Of a stretch of DNA of 64,000 nucleotides, positions 13,888-28,800 are shown in pieces (the first letter of the stretch is position 1; every line of letters begins with the position of its first letter). The DNA lies in the NCBI GenBank assembly GCA_002633005.1, contig NMRA01000048.1, positions 920,479-984,478 on the forward strand, written 5' to 3'. The notes under the pieces were generated by a model. The model ran no database searches. It was not told the DNA's origin and saw only the letters and a program-made list of their open reading frames with translations. This DNA is from Phoronis australis. Lineage: Eukaryota > Animalia > Phoronida. The position numbers were made by a program, and so were the translations under genes.

Positions 13888-16800
13888 ATGGCTGTTTACT
13901 TCGACTTCAAGGTCCAAGCTGTCCAGCCAGGCACTAACTCTGACGTCCAGTGGCATAGTACTCATGCTCTCTTGGCTGTAGCATCCTACAGTGAGACTAC
14001 TGGTGGCTCTGTCAATTTGTATCTTGATGAGGTACTTTATATGTGTTCACTTGGTCAATCTTGTCTGGAAATAAGAAACCTTCAAATGAAGATGCTGGTA
14101 GTAACCCTGTTTTGTATAATGAGAAAAAAAGCAAACAAACGGGCATTTTGGAAATTGTTGATATTAGCACTTATCTTTTACATGGTTAAGACAAAATGAA
14201 GCAGAGGGACCTGGCCAATCTTTACAAAAATAAAATCTTATTTGTGAAATCCTGACTTTGTAATAGGTCAGATAGGTGGGTCCCTGATTTAAAACTGATT
14301 GGAGAACCAGTTAGTCCCACAGAATAACGGGGTTTATTCACTGGGAATAACTGGTTCTTAAATCAAGGACCCAACAACCATATATCTGACTAGTAACATG
14401 CAAGGACATGAATTAGATTCAAGGACAAAATCATAGTGATCTTGTGTTACACTTGGATTGTATCAGTGTTTATATTTTGTCTGTCTTGGTCTTGTTTGTA
14501 TGTTGTACATTAATATTAATCTTTTTGAGTTACCTGTTATGACACTTGGTACGCTTTGCTCTACCTATGATTGAAAAATAGCACTTTTGCCTACTTTACT
14601 CAATTGGCCTAAATATTTAATCTAGTCTAACCCTTTTTACCACAAATCATATTCTGAAATTTCCTTGGCAAAAGTTTCTTTAATCAGCAAAATTGTGGGT
14701 TTTCAACTTTTCGGATTTATCTATGTTTGACATCAAATTTCAGTTCAATCCATGGTTGCCTCTCTCACTTTTGGGTTACTTCAACACACATTTAATCAAT
14801 CTGAAACTCTTTGTGAATGTAATTCATTTCAACAAAACCCTGTTTATAATTATCCAACTGTAGGGAGAACACATCCCAGATGCCGTCCTGCAGAGGTCTG
14901 TGACCCCTAGCGCCATCTCATGGCACCCGCAAAAGAAAGTACTGGCAACAGGATGGGAGAATGGAGAGCTACTAGTATGGAATGAACAAGATCACGAGCT
15001 GCATGAGGCTCCCAAGTTGCATACGGCGGCCATTACTATCCTACACTGGAGCTCTAGGGGTACGAGACTGGTCAGTGGTGATGAGGTAAGACTACTGTGG
15101 TTTCTACAATTTTGATATCCACTTGAATTTAGAACCTTGGCCTTGAATGACTTGTTCTTGAATTAAATTCTTACCTTGAAGAGCCCTTGAATTTCAAGTT
15201 TGAAAAATATTTGATGTCAGCCGTTTTTCTTTATCTATATTTCATTCTTTAAATGTGTAACATCAAGTTTTCCAATGTGATTCCTTCATTTTAACCATTT
15301 TCCCAGTTGTGAAAGGGGATTGGAGTTGTACTAAAGCAGTTTTCAATTTACATTGAGTATGCTTTGAACTATGTCGGGTTTTGTAATGAATTTCTTTGTA
15401 GTTGTAGATACTTTAAGTTTTCTTAAATTTTATTGATGCAGACTGGTGTCATGCTTTCATAATTCTTCATCGGTTTAGCACACAATAGTTGTGATAAATG
15501 GGATTTTATTTTTTGAGAATTTTACCCTGTTTGTAGCATGTTATATGCTCTTAAGCAGGGAAATCAGCCTTCAAAAGTAGGATAATACCAATGTTGACTA
15601 ATATTTCCGTGCAAAATAACTTCGCCATTACCTTAATTGCCACTATTTTTGTTTAGATTTACTATGTTAATAATTTTTGTTTTTTAGAATGGTCTTCTCA
15701 TTGTGTGGAAGGCTGACCCCAGGGGCAGGGTCCAGCCAACCCCATTGTGCCAACACAGCTTGCAGAATGCCCTCACTCAAGTTGTTTTCAAACCAGCCCC
15801 AGCTGTCGACCCCGCCTAGTAAGTCAAAGAATTACATTAGCAGACTGGTACTTGATCATTAAATTTCATTGAGATTATTGATTTTAAGTATGAAATTATG
15901 ATGCTTCATTGGTGGTATTATATTCTCTTCAATATTGAAATTGCCCTGTTAAATGTAAGAGTTGTGAAGCTCATTTTCAAAGAAGAAACTCAATTGAATA
16001 CATATGTACAATCTCACACAATTTCATTCATGAGTTGATTCCAAAATGTAGAGGAAATTACTTGCCTTAGTGGTTTTGTCATGGAGTTAACTGTCAGGCC
16101 ACACTGTCAGGCCACACTGACCTTGGAGATGTGGGTATAAATTTTGATACAATCTCCCAGTCATGATGGAGAACAACTTAGCTGATGCGAAACTAGTCCT
16201 GTCAGACACATGCTTCTTTTCTGTTTTTGTTTGTGAAATTAAAAAGTAATGCATTGCTAATTGCCTTTGCAAATGTATCAAAGGCAGAATTTGTGGTTCA
16301 ATGAACATCTAGAAAGTGGTTTGAGAGTCATAGAAATTTATTTTGTTTCCATGGTGGATACAGTAGATACACAATGTGTTTTCATGGTGGATACAGTAGA
16401 TACACAATGTGTTTTCATGGTGGATACAGTAGATACATACTGTGTTTTCATGGTGGATACAGTAGATACATACTGTGTTTTCATAGTGGATACAGTAGAT
16501 ACACAATGTGTTTTCATGGTGGATACGGTAGATACACAATGTGTTTTCATGGTGGATACAGTAGATACATACTGTGTTTTCATGGTGGATACAGTAGATA
16601 CATACTGTGTTTTCATNNNNNNNNNNNNNNNNNNNNNNNNNNNNNNNNNNNNNNNNNNNNNNNNNNNNNNNNNNNNNNNNNNNNNNNNNNNNNNNNNNNN
16701 NNNNNNNNNNNNNNNNNNNNNNNNNNNNNNNNNNNNNNNNNNNNNNNNNNNNNNNNNNNNNNNNNNNNNNNNNNNNNNNNNNNNNNNNNNNNNNNNNNNN

Positions 16801-19800
16801 NNNNNNNNNNNNNNNNNNNNNNNNNNNNNNNNNNNNNNNNNNNNNNNNNNNNNNNNNNNNNNNNNNNNNNNNNNNNNNNNNNNNNNNNNNNNNNNNNNNN
16901 NNNNNNNNNNNNNNNNNNNNNNNNNNNNNNNNNNNNNNNNNNNNNNNNNNNNNNNNNNNNNNNNNNNNNNNNNNNNNNNNNNNNNNNNNNNNNNNNNNNN
17001 NNNNNNNNNNNNNNNNNNNNNNNNNNNNNNNNNNNNNNNNNNNNNNNNNNNNNNNNNNNNNNNNNNNNNNNNNNNNNNNNNNNNNNNNNNNNNNNNNNNN
17101 NNNNNNNNNNTAACATTCACCATATCAGTACTCTCCGTAACATTCACCATATCAGTACTCTCCGTAACATTCACCATATCAGTACTCTCCGTAACATTCA
17201 CCATATCAGTACTCTCCGTAACATTCACCATATCAGTACTCTCCGTAACATTCACCATATCAGTACTCTCCGTAACATTCACCATATCAGTACTCTCCGT
17301 AACATTCACCATATCAGTACTCTCCGTAACATTCACCATATCAGTACTCTCCGTAACATTCACCATATCAGTACTCTCCGTAACATTCACCATATCAGTA
17401 CTCTCCGTAACATTCACCATATCAGTACTCTCCGTAACATTCACCATATCAGTACTCTCCGTAACATTCACCATATCAGTACTCTCCGTAACATTCACCA
17501 TATCAGTACTCTCCGTAACATTCACCATATCAGTACTCTCCGTAACATTCACCATATCAGTACTCTCCGTAACAGAAAATTCAAACTTGACGGGAATTAC
17601 GAAATTCATGAACATGTTTCGAAAGTCTGTGTACATGGCTGTGAGGGATGTGTATACAGCCCTGGAATTTAAAATGTCCTGTTTTGGTGAAGGAATAACT
17701 AACGTCCTGGGAGTGGCATTGTGTTTGGAACTCGACACAGGTGAGCCAACATTGCAACAAAATCCGTACTCATTACTGTGGTGAGTCAAATAGGGTTGTG
17801 AAGATCACTGCGTTATTCAACTTGTCTCAACTTATTCCTTGAGTTAGAATTGACTTCTGGGCTTGGGAATAGCTGGCACACTATTTTGTTGCTTGAGGAT
17901 TGGTGTATAAATTACTTGCTTGGTGATAGTCACTCATCTGGCCTGCTCTCAAACAAAAGCGAAGTGCCAGTTCTTCACATGCCCGGAACTACATGTAAAT
18001 CTTAATAAGGACTAAGTTGAGATTAGTTTCATTAGCGACTAAAAACCATATTTGGTTCCTTTGCCATGTTTTTTTTTTGAAAATTGAGTTGTTTGTGCAG
18101 TATTTTTTTTAATTGCCTCCTTTTTCAAAAGAAGAAAATCCACCAGAGACAAGTGATAATGTTTTTTTCTCATCACTTGGCAAATGGTGACACTTCAAAC
18201 CTTGCTTACCCTTGTTTACATGCCTTTGTGAAGACATTTTTATTGTCCATTTATTGCAGGTCTCAAAATGAGTTGGGTAAAGAGCTGAACTTTTCTTTTT
18301 AGACCCAATTATAAGTTAAGTGGCCAAAGTCAAGATTTTTGACAGAAGATAAGCTTATAGCATGTCTTGTCTGCAATATACAGCTTCTTTTGGCTGGTGC
18401 TGTTATTATTAAGTTGAGATGGTTTTCTGGTCATCAACAAAAATAACTAATATTTTCTCTGCTGGATCTTTCTGACCTGTGACAAATTAAAGTTCCAACA
18501 TAAGGCAGTGTGGGATTGTTGTAACATCAGTGGTTTGAGAATCCTGATGATCAAACTTTAGCTCTAACACTCCTGGGTGAATTTCGACAAGATTGTCTGT
18601 AAGAACCTAGTGATGATCCAAGACACTACGGTATCCTAGTACATGATCCTAGATGTTACAATGTTTAAGTCCATTAAATGAAAAACATTGGAAAATGTCA
18701 TTTACATCACTCAAAACATTACAGACATGCATTAATCATGACACATAATTACGCACACTCCAAAGTTTTTGTGCAGAGATTAAAAAATATAACTGCTTAA
18801 GGATATATACCACTTCCATTCATGTTAAATGGACATAGTTGTTTTTAGGGTTGAAAATCCATTTTGGGAAATATTGTTGGGTAAGACAGACTTCTTGAGG
18901 TTACTAGTTTTGACCTGGGCTGTAAAACAGCAAAATCTCTTTTGTCTTTTGATTCAACTAGAAATCGCCTATTTCCATTGTGGGCTTCCAGCAATTTTGT
19001 AGCATTATTTGAAATTGACGCCAGTGACATTAATGCTTAAAATACTTGGCTACCTCCCAGGTTGGCTTCAAGCTTCACTAGTTAAGCATCAAAATGTGCC
19101 CACTGAAGTCATGTCGTCGAATCCATGTTGCGGTTAATGTCAAACACACATTCACGTGTGATGCACCGCATATGACTAACTACCTGCACTCTTTTTTTTC
19201 AAACACACATTGTTGCCGATGTTGTTTTAACATTTTCAAAATTAAGGACTTGGATGTGAGCTGGGTATTGCTGAACCTGGGAATTCGAAATTAAAAACAT
19301 GATGGGCGGTCATCCAGATATGCGTGCTAACCTGAATGAATGTGGGAATACATTCAAATTTGTGTCATCACCGTTTGGGGATATTGAGATGTCATGACAC
19401 AGGTCTTCTCCTGTAACAGTGTAGCTAAACATGATATTGGATATGTGTGCATCTCTTTCAGGTGACGTTCATTATATTAATGAGAACGGCAAGAGCGTGC
19501 ATTGCTACCAGGCGGATGGTCCAGTGCATAAGTTGTTGTACTATGCTGAGAAAGACATCCTTGTGTGTATCACGGATACACTTATGCTGAGTCAGCACAG
19601 TGTTAGTGGAGACGGCGACGTACGAGAGCAGATGAAGGTGAGATATAGTGGGAGCTAGGGTGACCAGTACTGTAGAGCACTTACAGGTAGTCTCTGACTT
19701 GTGATGCATTGAGTACCATTACTCGTATTTATGATGACTTGAAGTGGTTAAACTAGTATGTTGCGTTTGTTGTGATGTTTTTCACAAACATGTTGTGATT

Positions 19801-22800
19801 TTAGGTGAAGCTGAGTGGAAAGGCAGATGATGCTGACATCATCTGGGCAGGAGCTGGCCTTCTGGCCACAGCTACCGGGGAAACTGTTGTCAGGTACCTT
19901 TTGTTGCTAAGCTACATTAAAATTAGCTATTTGTTGTTCATCATCTGGTGTTATTATTATGAAGTGTATTAATGTATTATTTTATCAGTGTTCGCTATTA
20001 CTTAGCCATGGCGTTTTATTTGCACCTACGTTCAGATATTGTAGCTTGCCAAAACATTAATGATCTCCAGTAAAATTTTGTCTTAGTCTTCTTTTCAAGT
20101 ATGTTTTGTCCTTGTATTTTTTTGTCAAAATGTTAAAGATTTCTCCTTTAATAAAAGTGCACACAATGCGGATTTTTTTTCAGACAGCTTGGAGACTACG
20201 GGTTTTGCCATAAAAACAAACGGGCACTAGTCAACTAGTCACTTACAGGGACCGCGGAGTTTGAGAATAAGTTTTATGTCTGTTTTTTAGTGAAATAACA
20301 GGCATCACCCTATAGGTGATTAAAGGGTTAATCTTGTTCTGTATGCTTTTCAGGATGTGGGATCTTGAGAATGAAGATAACTACATACTTAACCTTGATG
20401 GGCAGCCTGGCTACACCAATGAGTCCATCATATCTGTGGCTTACAGTGATGAGAAAGGTAATTATCGCCTGATTCGCCAGTTGCCAATTCCTAGGCTGTA
20501 TACCAAGTTTGAAAGGGTGGATACATTCAAATTTGACATGAGCAAGGCTTTGTTGTTGTTTTTTTTAATAAAATTGTTGCTCTTGAATGTGACCGGAGCA
20601 GTGTTTTGATCTGGATTAGATGTACGAACTACATAAGACAAGTAAAATAATCAGACAAAATACTATTTTCCTGTCATAACAGCTAATTCTGCTTATTCCG
20701 TAAAAATTGTTGGTAACTAGTATTATGGCAGCAAAATTCTAATTACAGAATGTTTTAGCCTCCTTATCAACATTCTTGTTAATTCCCCTGCATTCTCGGT
20801 CAGAAGGGGAGACTACCCTATTGATGAATTCACCTTTCACTCACCCGTAATGACAGGGAATTCTGGGTGAATATGTCTGACTCCTTTTGCCATGTATTGT
20901 ACCTTTTGATTGTCTACTGTTTGTCTAGTCATGTAAACATTCTTTGTATGACTAATTATGTAACAATAACATTGTCTTGAAGGTCCCACTGAGTAACTGG
21001 CAGAAAACATAAATGTGAACAAATCAACACTTCACAAATTCTATGTCAGTGTAATTGCCGATCTAAGCTCCAGTAATCATATGTGACCTTTTTATTAAAA
21101 GCGACCAGTTTCTTACTCATTCTCGGAACAATTTCGTTAGCAAAACTAACTTCAAAGTTAATGACTTTATCCCAGGTATCTTAGCTGCTGGTACCACTGA
21201 TGGTAAAATTGCCATGTGGCGCTACGTACCGACCAATTCCAACTCGCCCAATGCAGCTGAAGAGTCGTGGAAACTACAGCCTCCCTGTATAGTCGACGCA
21301 ATTGTGAAACAGCTGAGTGTAAGTTTCAGTCTTGGCTATTCTATGCTGAGATTGCTTTTGAATTATATCACTTATAATTAGTTTTAAAGAATGTAGTACA
21401 GGTACTCTGATACACATTGTATTGCACCAGAAACTATTTTTCATTCATTAATAAATACATAATACTTAGAGTTTAGCAGCGGAGTCCAATGGGATTAGAA
21501 CCTACGGCTTTTGGTGAAGAGGAAGCAAACGCCCAACCAATAGACATCACTGCCTACTCCTTGAGTAGGTCGGTAGTTTGAAATGCTAGATCATAAGTAG
21601 CCTGTTAGTTAGAGAAGCTGGACTGGGTTCCATAGATATAAGAATTTTGTGAGTAAGTTTAGTGTGACCATGTCTTTTGCCTTTTCTGCCTGGAGAAAAT
21701 TTTCAAAAGTCTTGTTTGATCTTACGCTTTTGCAAGTTTCTCAGGTCCAGGGAATGCTGGTCAGGAGATAAATATGGTAGGGATGATGTGCTGCGATTCT
21801 GTGGAATTCTGCAAGCGTGTTGTGTGTTAGGCTATGTATTGTCTGAAAAAATGGAACACATAGTTAGCAATGTTTGAACTTAACGAATTTGAATCTGAAA
21901 CAGCCTTCTCGACCTTACTCTGTAGCTACAAAATGTCTTCTTGTTATTCTGAGGTGCATTCTTTCCCTCATTTGGACTACCCATGATTGATAAAGTTATT
22001 ATATCAAAGCTAGATCAGTTATAGTTAGTATTGTCATTTTTTTCAGTGGGGTTCAACAAAAAACCTGCTGTCCATCAATGGCCTTACTGACGTGTTCATC
22101 CTGAGTGAGCAAGTTATGAGCTCTCACTATAGTAATCAGGTAATAAATAAAGCTGGTATTAACAATTTGACTGACCAACCGAGTTCAGTATCTTGGTAAG
22201 ATAATTGGAACCTGTCGTGAAAATAGTTGACAAACCAGTTCCTGTTTTCCGATATTGTTAATGTTATCTGTAGTAATTGAATATGTTGTTTTCATGAGCC
22301 ATGACAGAGATTTAATTTCTATCACATCGCATGCTGTCGTTAGACCATACAATACATCTAACCTTATGGGTCACGTGATACTCTAACTTGCTACAATGAT
22401 TGCTATTCTCCTGATGTCATGACATCATTCTTCTAATTTATTATAGTTATGGTAAAATGGTAAAATCTTGCTAATTTAGAACACTGTATGGCGGCCACAT
22501 GAAATTTGATTTGTTTTTTTTCATAAAAGATTTTTAGCAATAAAGTAATGCTTTTACACGTTTAAGGTCTGTGTCTTAACTACTGGAAAATGTGTCGACA
22601 TTCACACCAATCTTGGAAGCCTTTAAGAATGAAAAAGGACGTCATTATTTTTGTCCGATATTGGTGGGATTTTACCGTACTGCTAGCGATGGTTTTAGTT
22701 CTTGATGATATCCCAAGAAAAAACTGCTTACTCAGCTTTCTGATGTTCAGTTGCACATGATGAGGCATTTTTTAATGTCATGACAACTGTTTCATTATTG

Positions 22801-25800
22801 GCATTTTGTATCACATTTATGTCGCTAGTTATCTGCTATGTTTCCATTCATTTGTTGTCTCAGTGTGCAGTTTCCACCAGACCACAAGACATTCTTTACT
22901 CTTCTACCCGCTTTTCATTAGTTATTCATTTTCCAGACTTCAGTAGTGCAGACTGCCCCATGTCAGCTGGTGATTGATTTGTTTGACAACTCGTCCACTC
23001 TTGATCTCAAAACAGACATCCAAGTCAAAGGAGTGTTCACATGCAAGGTGAGTTGAGTGGCTATGTTGTATAGCATGTCTTTATACGGCTATTATCATTG
23101 TTCAGTCTAAAAACATCATAGGGCAACTCTCACAGGATCTATCATGGTGTAGTGAACATCTCGAATGGCTGATCATGCCTATATAGATAATGACAATATT
23201 TTCTAGGCAAATATAAAGCGTTTCTGGCATTCAGGTTAGCATTTAGATTTTAGTATGTCTCTTTTAAAGAGTTAGGTCTTTGCTTGTGGGTGATACAATA
23301 ATCTTTTTATTGCAGGATAACATTGCTGTGTGGAATGGAAAGAGGGTTGTTGTTTATGACATTGCCAAAAACGACAAATATATAAAGGCAGCAGGTAAAA
23401 CAAAGCAGTGCTGTGAATTATTGAGGGAGTCAGTCAAATGTTGAATTTTAAAACCATGTACAACATCCTGGGTGAGGTAAACTTAAAGGTGCAACTCAAA
23501 AGTTGGTAACAGTCTGATGTATCATGCTCATGTTTTGAGAACCAGTTTTCTCCACTGAATAATGGGTATCAAACTGGTTCTCAAAGTGTGGCTACATTAT
23601 ATTCAACTCTTGTCCAAAAATTGACAGCCAGTGAACTGCAGTCAACCCATCGTATTAACATGTAAAATTATGAACATATCATGATTGCAGTTTTCAAAAA
23701 TGGTGCTAATGCTTTGCCACTAATAACACTACAGTCTATTTTTAACTACTTTTCTTTGGAGCTTTTAATTTCCCAAAAACTTGTTGACTATTGCTTGCTT
23801 TTCCATTTTCCAGGCACTTTCAATTCTGAAACAAATAAAGCCTGTATCCATGAACAAAATGTGTACACAATTGAAAACAAGAAAGTCCAAGTTAGAAACT
23901 TCCAGGTAAGCTGATCATTTTTAGATGTTTCTTTGAAAAATCTATAAGTTTTCTCACAAGGGTTTACATTACTGCTTTGAGGGATGTCTGTCTAAATTGC
24001 TCTGAATTGTGTCCAATTTAAGGCCCAGAGTACGATGTCTTCATTCGTGTGTACATAGGTCTATCTGTGTGTTGCATTGGATTAAAACGGCTTTTCACTC
24101 TGTTTACCTGCCTAAAATGAAAATTTAATTATTCTCATAAAATAGGTCTTGTACATTGATAGGATTCTATTTTTGTTACCAAAAAGAACGTCAAAACCAT
24201 TTGACAGAAAATCTAGAAAACACTGCACAATTTATTGGGATTGGCCGACTCTGAAATTGCAAATTCAAAAATGGTGCCATTGACTTGAGTAATATAATCC
24301 TGTCATGGTTACAAGACCGATTTTTGAGAGTTAAATGCCTAGATTTATGTTTTTCAACAAACTAAACAGAAATAGAAATTGTAATAGAAATTAATAGAAA
24401 TTGTTTTCCTGCTATCAGAATCATGCTTTGTTAAAAATCTCGAATCTTTATTGCTGTTTTGCTCAAGCTGGTAACATGCTGTTCATTGCCTGGGAATCTT
24501 GCTGCACAATTTTTACTGCTGTCAGTTATGCGTTGATTCACTCTCTGATTTTCTCATAGGGCACTGTCAAACAGTTACTGAGTTTTGTTGAGGCGGAGGG
24601 TGAGCCAGTCTGTATGGATGTCTGTGGTGATTACTTAACATTGGGGACTAGTACAGGTGTGGTTAAGGTGTTTGATCTTTCGCGCAGGTAAACAGCATCT
24701 AATGCATGCACATATTCTCAGTCGCGGGTTCTAAATAAAGGCTGGACAGGTTTAATTCCTGTAATAAGAGTCTCTTTGGTCAAAAACTTGTTATTGCCTG
24801 AGAACATTTTATTCATATGTTTAGTGACCATACTGGTCAGGCATATTTGTTGATTCTGGTCTTGAGCAATGATGAACTGCCGGAGGTCTTGTGAAATTCA
24901 TAATATTCTGATCTGAGTGAGGAAGTGGATAAGACCAATTTTATAAAGGTTAGAGGTCAACATTAAATGTTGCTGCTTTGATGGATGGTGACTGTAGCAG
25001 ATGAAGTTTTGCATTGTGACCTGGTAAATAAATGTTATTAGATTGTTCCTTATGTTCCATGTGCGGCCATGTGCCAATACTACAAAAATTTGATCAATTT
25101 TAGATTGTAAAACGCCTTTGCGGAATTTTACTATTTGATGACCACTCATGATGAAGTGAGCAAGTAAAGGGCTTTTAGCACTGTGTATTTAATTTTTGAA
25201 AATCTGTTAGATTGGTCCATTGCTTTGGCTTCAGTTTTTTTAATAAGCACATGAGAAGTGTGAAATTCAAAACAGCGGATGTAGTAATTTTTATAGACCC
25301 AGTCAGTCACAATAGTGGCTGCAAAATTATTCTTTTTGTTTGTGGGCGATGCCATCAAATCCTTTCAGTATTTTGCACCTTTGTGTTAGGTGCACATGAA
25401 ACCCTCATCTCACTGCCATTAAAGTGGAACTTGCATGCTAATTCCTTATAACTGTAATTGCTTGGCCAAATTAGTAAGAAACACAAAATATAAGACGATG
25501 TGAATATGAAGTAGGTTGAAAATTGCCAAATGTTTTTAAGAATGAGTTTTGTGGCAAAAATGACCCTCCATAAGTCACTGAACCGTGTCTAGTAAGTATG
25601 GTGAGATGAAGGTGCGACTAACACTGCATGATGAGGGCTATGTGAGCTTGCGTACGTCATCAGTGCAAAGGTCACCTATTTGCAGAATTTTTCATTTTTA
25701 CATTTACAAGTTGCCAGTGAATACAATTGCTCTTTGCTTAGCGTAGTTTATGTTCCTGCTATATATTAGCATAGTTAGGACCATGCAAATACATCTACCT

Positions 25801-28800
25801 TTAAAGGAGATCTATGACAAAACAATTTCTCATCAGACTCCTGTATTGACAGAGGACCAAAACCCAACAAACTAAAATGCTGTTAACCTAGGACATGTGT
25901 GACACAAATTCAAATGATCTTTTGTAGATTATTAAACCTGGGTGACATAACGTAATATTGGATTCTGGCTTTTTGCTGCATATACCTCACGGTGTTCAAC
26001 TGTTTTAGAATGATGAATATCTGTGTCTTAATGTCTATTGTAGAGAAGCCAAACAGCACAGCAATCCCAAGGCGTTGGCTGATGTCATTCAACAGTTTGG
26101 TGAGATCGTCTTGGCCAAGACCAATTGTAATGGGACCAGAGTAGCCATAGTGGTCAGGCGGGTGAGTAAAGATTGCTGAAATATTAGGATACTTTTTTAA
26201 AAGAGTATTGTTGGTTCATGAGGTGTCTCATTCAGAAATACCACTTGCATCAGATTGTTAGGACCTAGTTGAATTGCAGCAGCCAAAGACTGTGATCTGA
26301 ATTTAGTTTACTTGGAAGATATTAATGTGAGATGTTTATTGTACTGCTCAGTTGCCCAGATGTAATGCTTATATCTGAGCAATGATATCAAATAATAATT
26401 TAGTCATTCCCATGAAATATATAAAGAATATATTGCTCAACTCTGTCTTTAGCTGGCTCGTTGAAGTTATGCAGATGCATTTATTTCCTTTTGCTGTTCT
26501 TAGTTGTCTGGTTGAGTTGCCCTCAAACTGCTGTCCTTTGAATCTGACCTTGAACTATGACATTTAACCCCATTTTTACAGTCAACAGGGGAAGTTGATC
26601 CCAAGCTATACTTGTGGGATATTGAACTGGACACCCTGCAGTTCTTCAACTTTGAGACGGGTCACAGTGACCAAGATGACTTCTTGCCTGAAGCAGCAGA
26701 TGCTGACGCTACAGCTGCTGAAAGGTGAGACTGTGTTTAATGTGTGTTTTAGGTGTGCAGTATGAAAACAAGGGGATATGCAATTGCAAACTGTATGTTA
26801 ACTTTCGGATTGAATACCTTTAAAAATGGTTGAAAAAATATCATAAATAGATTTGTTGCAATTTTTTAAATACATTTGCGTTTCTTTCCAGCATCATGAT
26901 CTTATCTCTTCCAGTTCTTGAGTTGACAAGCAAAATGTCCCTTGGCATAAATTATTAGTATTTCTACAAAAAAAATTCTCCAGGGAACTGCTGATGTTCA
27001 TTTTACAGATGAGTAAAATGTAACTCTGTGAATAATCTCCCACCTTTTTAAAATGATTCTTTAACAAAGAAATTGCTTTTGTAAGTATTTAGTGTTCAAG
27101 GTAAACAACAATGCTTTTGTGTCAATTTTTATGCACCCACATTTTTATATGTGGGCGCATATTGTCCTCAAACTCTATGTCCTGTTCTTGCTCACGTCTG
27201 CTCTGGTGTTTCAGGGGAGCCAATCAAGCGGCCCATGACATTGCTGGCCGTTTTCCCGCCAAAGTTTATTGGGAGCCGCAGGAGTCCAAGTTGGTCATTT
27301 GCCAGATCGAACCAACGGCGAGTTTGATCAAAGAGCGTGAGGAGGAAAGGAAAGCTCAGTTGACGCCCCGCACACCCCGTGGTGGGGACCACAACCTGGT
27401 GAGAGGGAATGGTCTTATTTTATTTTTGCTTTGAACGAATATGAGGAGAAAAAATTATTTAGTTTGATTGCTCATCCCAAGTTGGCAATACATTTTCAGT
27501 ACAAAAAGACTCCAACTACACCATAAAATTTCATCAGGGTTTGTTTTGGTGGTCGTGATAATTTCCAAATGATTTGAACTAAGATGTAAAAACTTGTTGA
27601 TTTGATGGATAATTGTTGCTTTCGATGAGTCACTAGTGTCATGTTACGATGAGTCACTAGTGTCATGTTACGATGAGTCACTAGTGTCATGTTACGATGA
27701 GTCACTAGTGTCATGTTACGATGAGTCACTAGTGTCATGTTACTCCAATACAGCCTGAGACGATGATTGTGTCGCTGTTCGCCACCCAAGAGCATGGAGT
27801 TATGATGCAGGACATGTTTGTGAAGCCAAGCTCTTATGAACACTTGTTGAACATTGAAGTACCCTACTTTTATTTTATCAAAAAGGTAAGAGTTGTCGCT
27901 TTCTCTTTACCCTGTCTGTTCATGATAGGCTTGCTATCAGGTTTATTTGTTCTAACACGGTTTACGTACTCGGAGGCTGTGAAGTGGAGACTTTTATGTT
28001 TTGTGTAGTCTTTTGTAAACAAAAGACAGGTTCCAATTATTTTCTGTCATTACTGTACTCTGAATATGCAGTAGTTTTTTCATACACAATGGTGGAAATA
28101 ACAAAGTTTGTTGAACACACAACAGTGTTCATGATTTATAATTTAGGATGATATTTGCCAGAGCGCTCTGTATGTTTTACAGTCGTTCGCAATGCAACAA
28201 TAAACCAGACAGCCAAAAGACATAAGAAAACTAATGATTAAAAATGACAGCTGTATTTCAATACTGTTATTTTAATCACTTAGTTTTCTTATGCCTATTG
28301 GCCGTCTGCTTTATTGTTGCTCTGCAAATGGCTCAAAGATACAGAGAATTGGAGAGACGATTGTTGAAAATACTAAATCCTGAACATCGTTGTATGCTCA
28401 ACAAGTTAAAGGAGGCACTGCTGCTGAATTATTGTATTGGTGGAAACTGGAAATATATACAATGGTGGAAACTGGAAATATATACAATGGTGGAAACTGG
28501 AAATATATACAATGGTGGAAATTGGAAATATATACAATGGTGGAAACTGGAAATATATACAATGGTGGAAACTGGAAATATATACAATGGTGGAAACAGG
28601 CAAAATGCATTGACAAAGGACTGTGCACTGCATTCTGAAACTTTTGAATCTCCATCTGCCTGTCTTCATTTACCTTAAGTTAATATATGAAATTGTAAGG
28701 TTTGGTACTTTGATGTTGTATTCTATTTCATACTTTGTTCGTTCTTTCTAAGAATGAAGAAGGCACAAGAAAATACTGGGTAGGCATTGGCTGCTTTGTG

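Noticed and set aside
17111-17573. CRISPR-like regular repeats (also 59517-59736 and 62005-62293)
   Set aside because: Head-to-tail units without unique spacers, no cas genes, and a eukaryotic context.
16261-17789. ORFs of 430-507 aa
   Set aside because: Made of two minisatellites and an N gap.
18610-18660. GTGATGA C-box-like motif in an IFT140 intron
   Set aside because: No matching D box or terminal stem.
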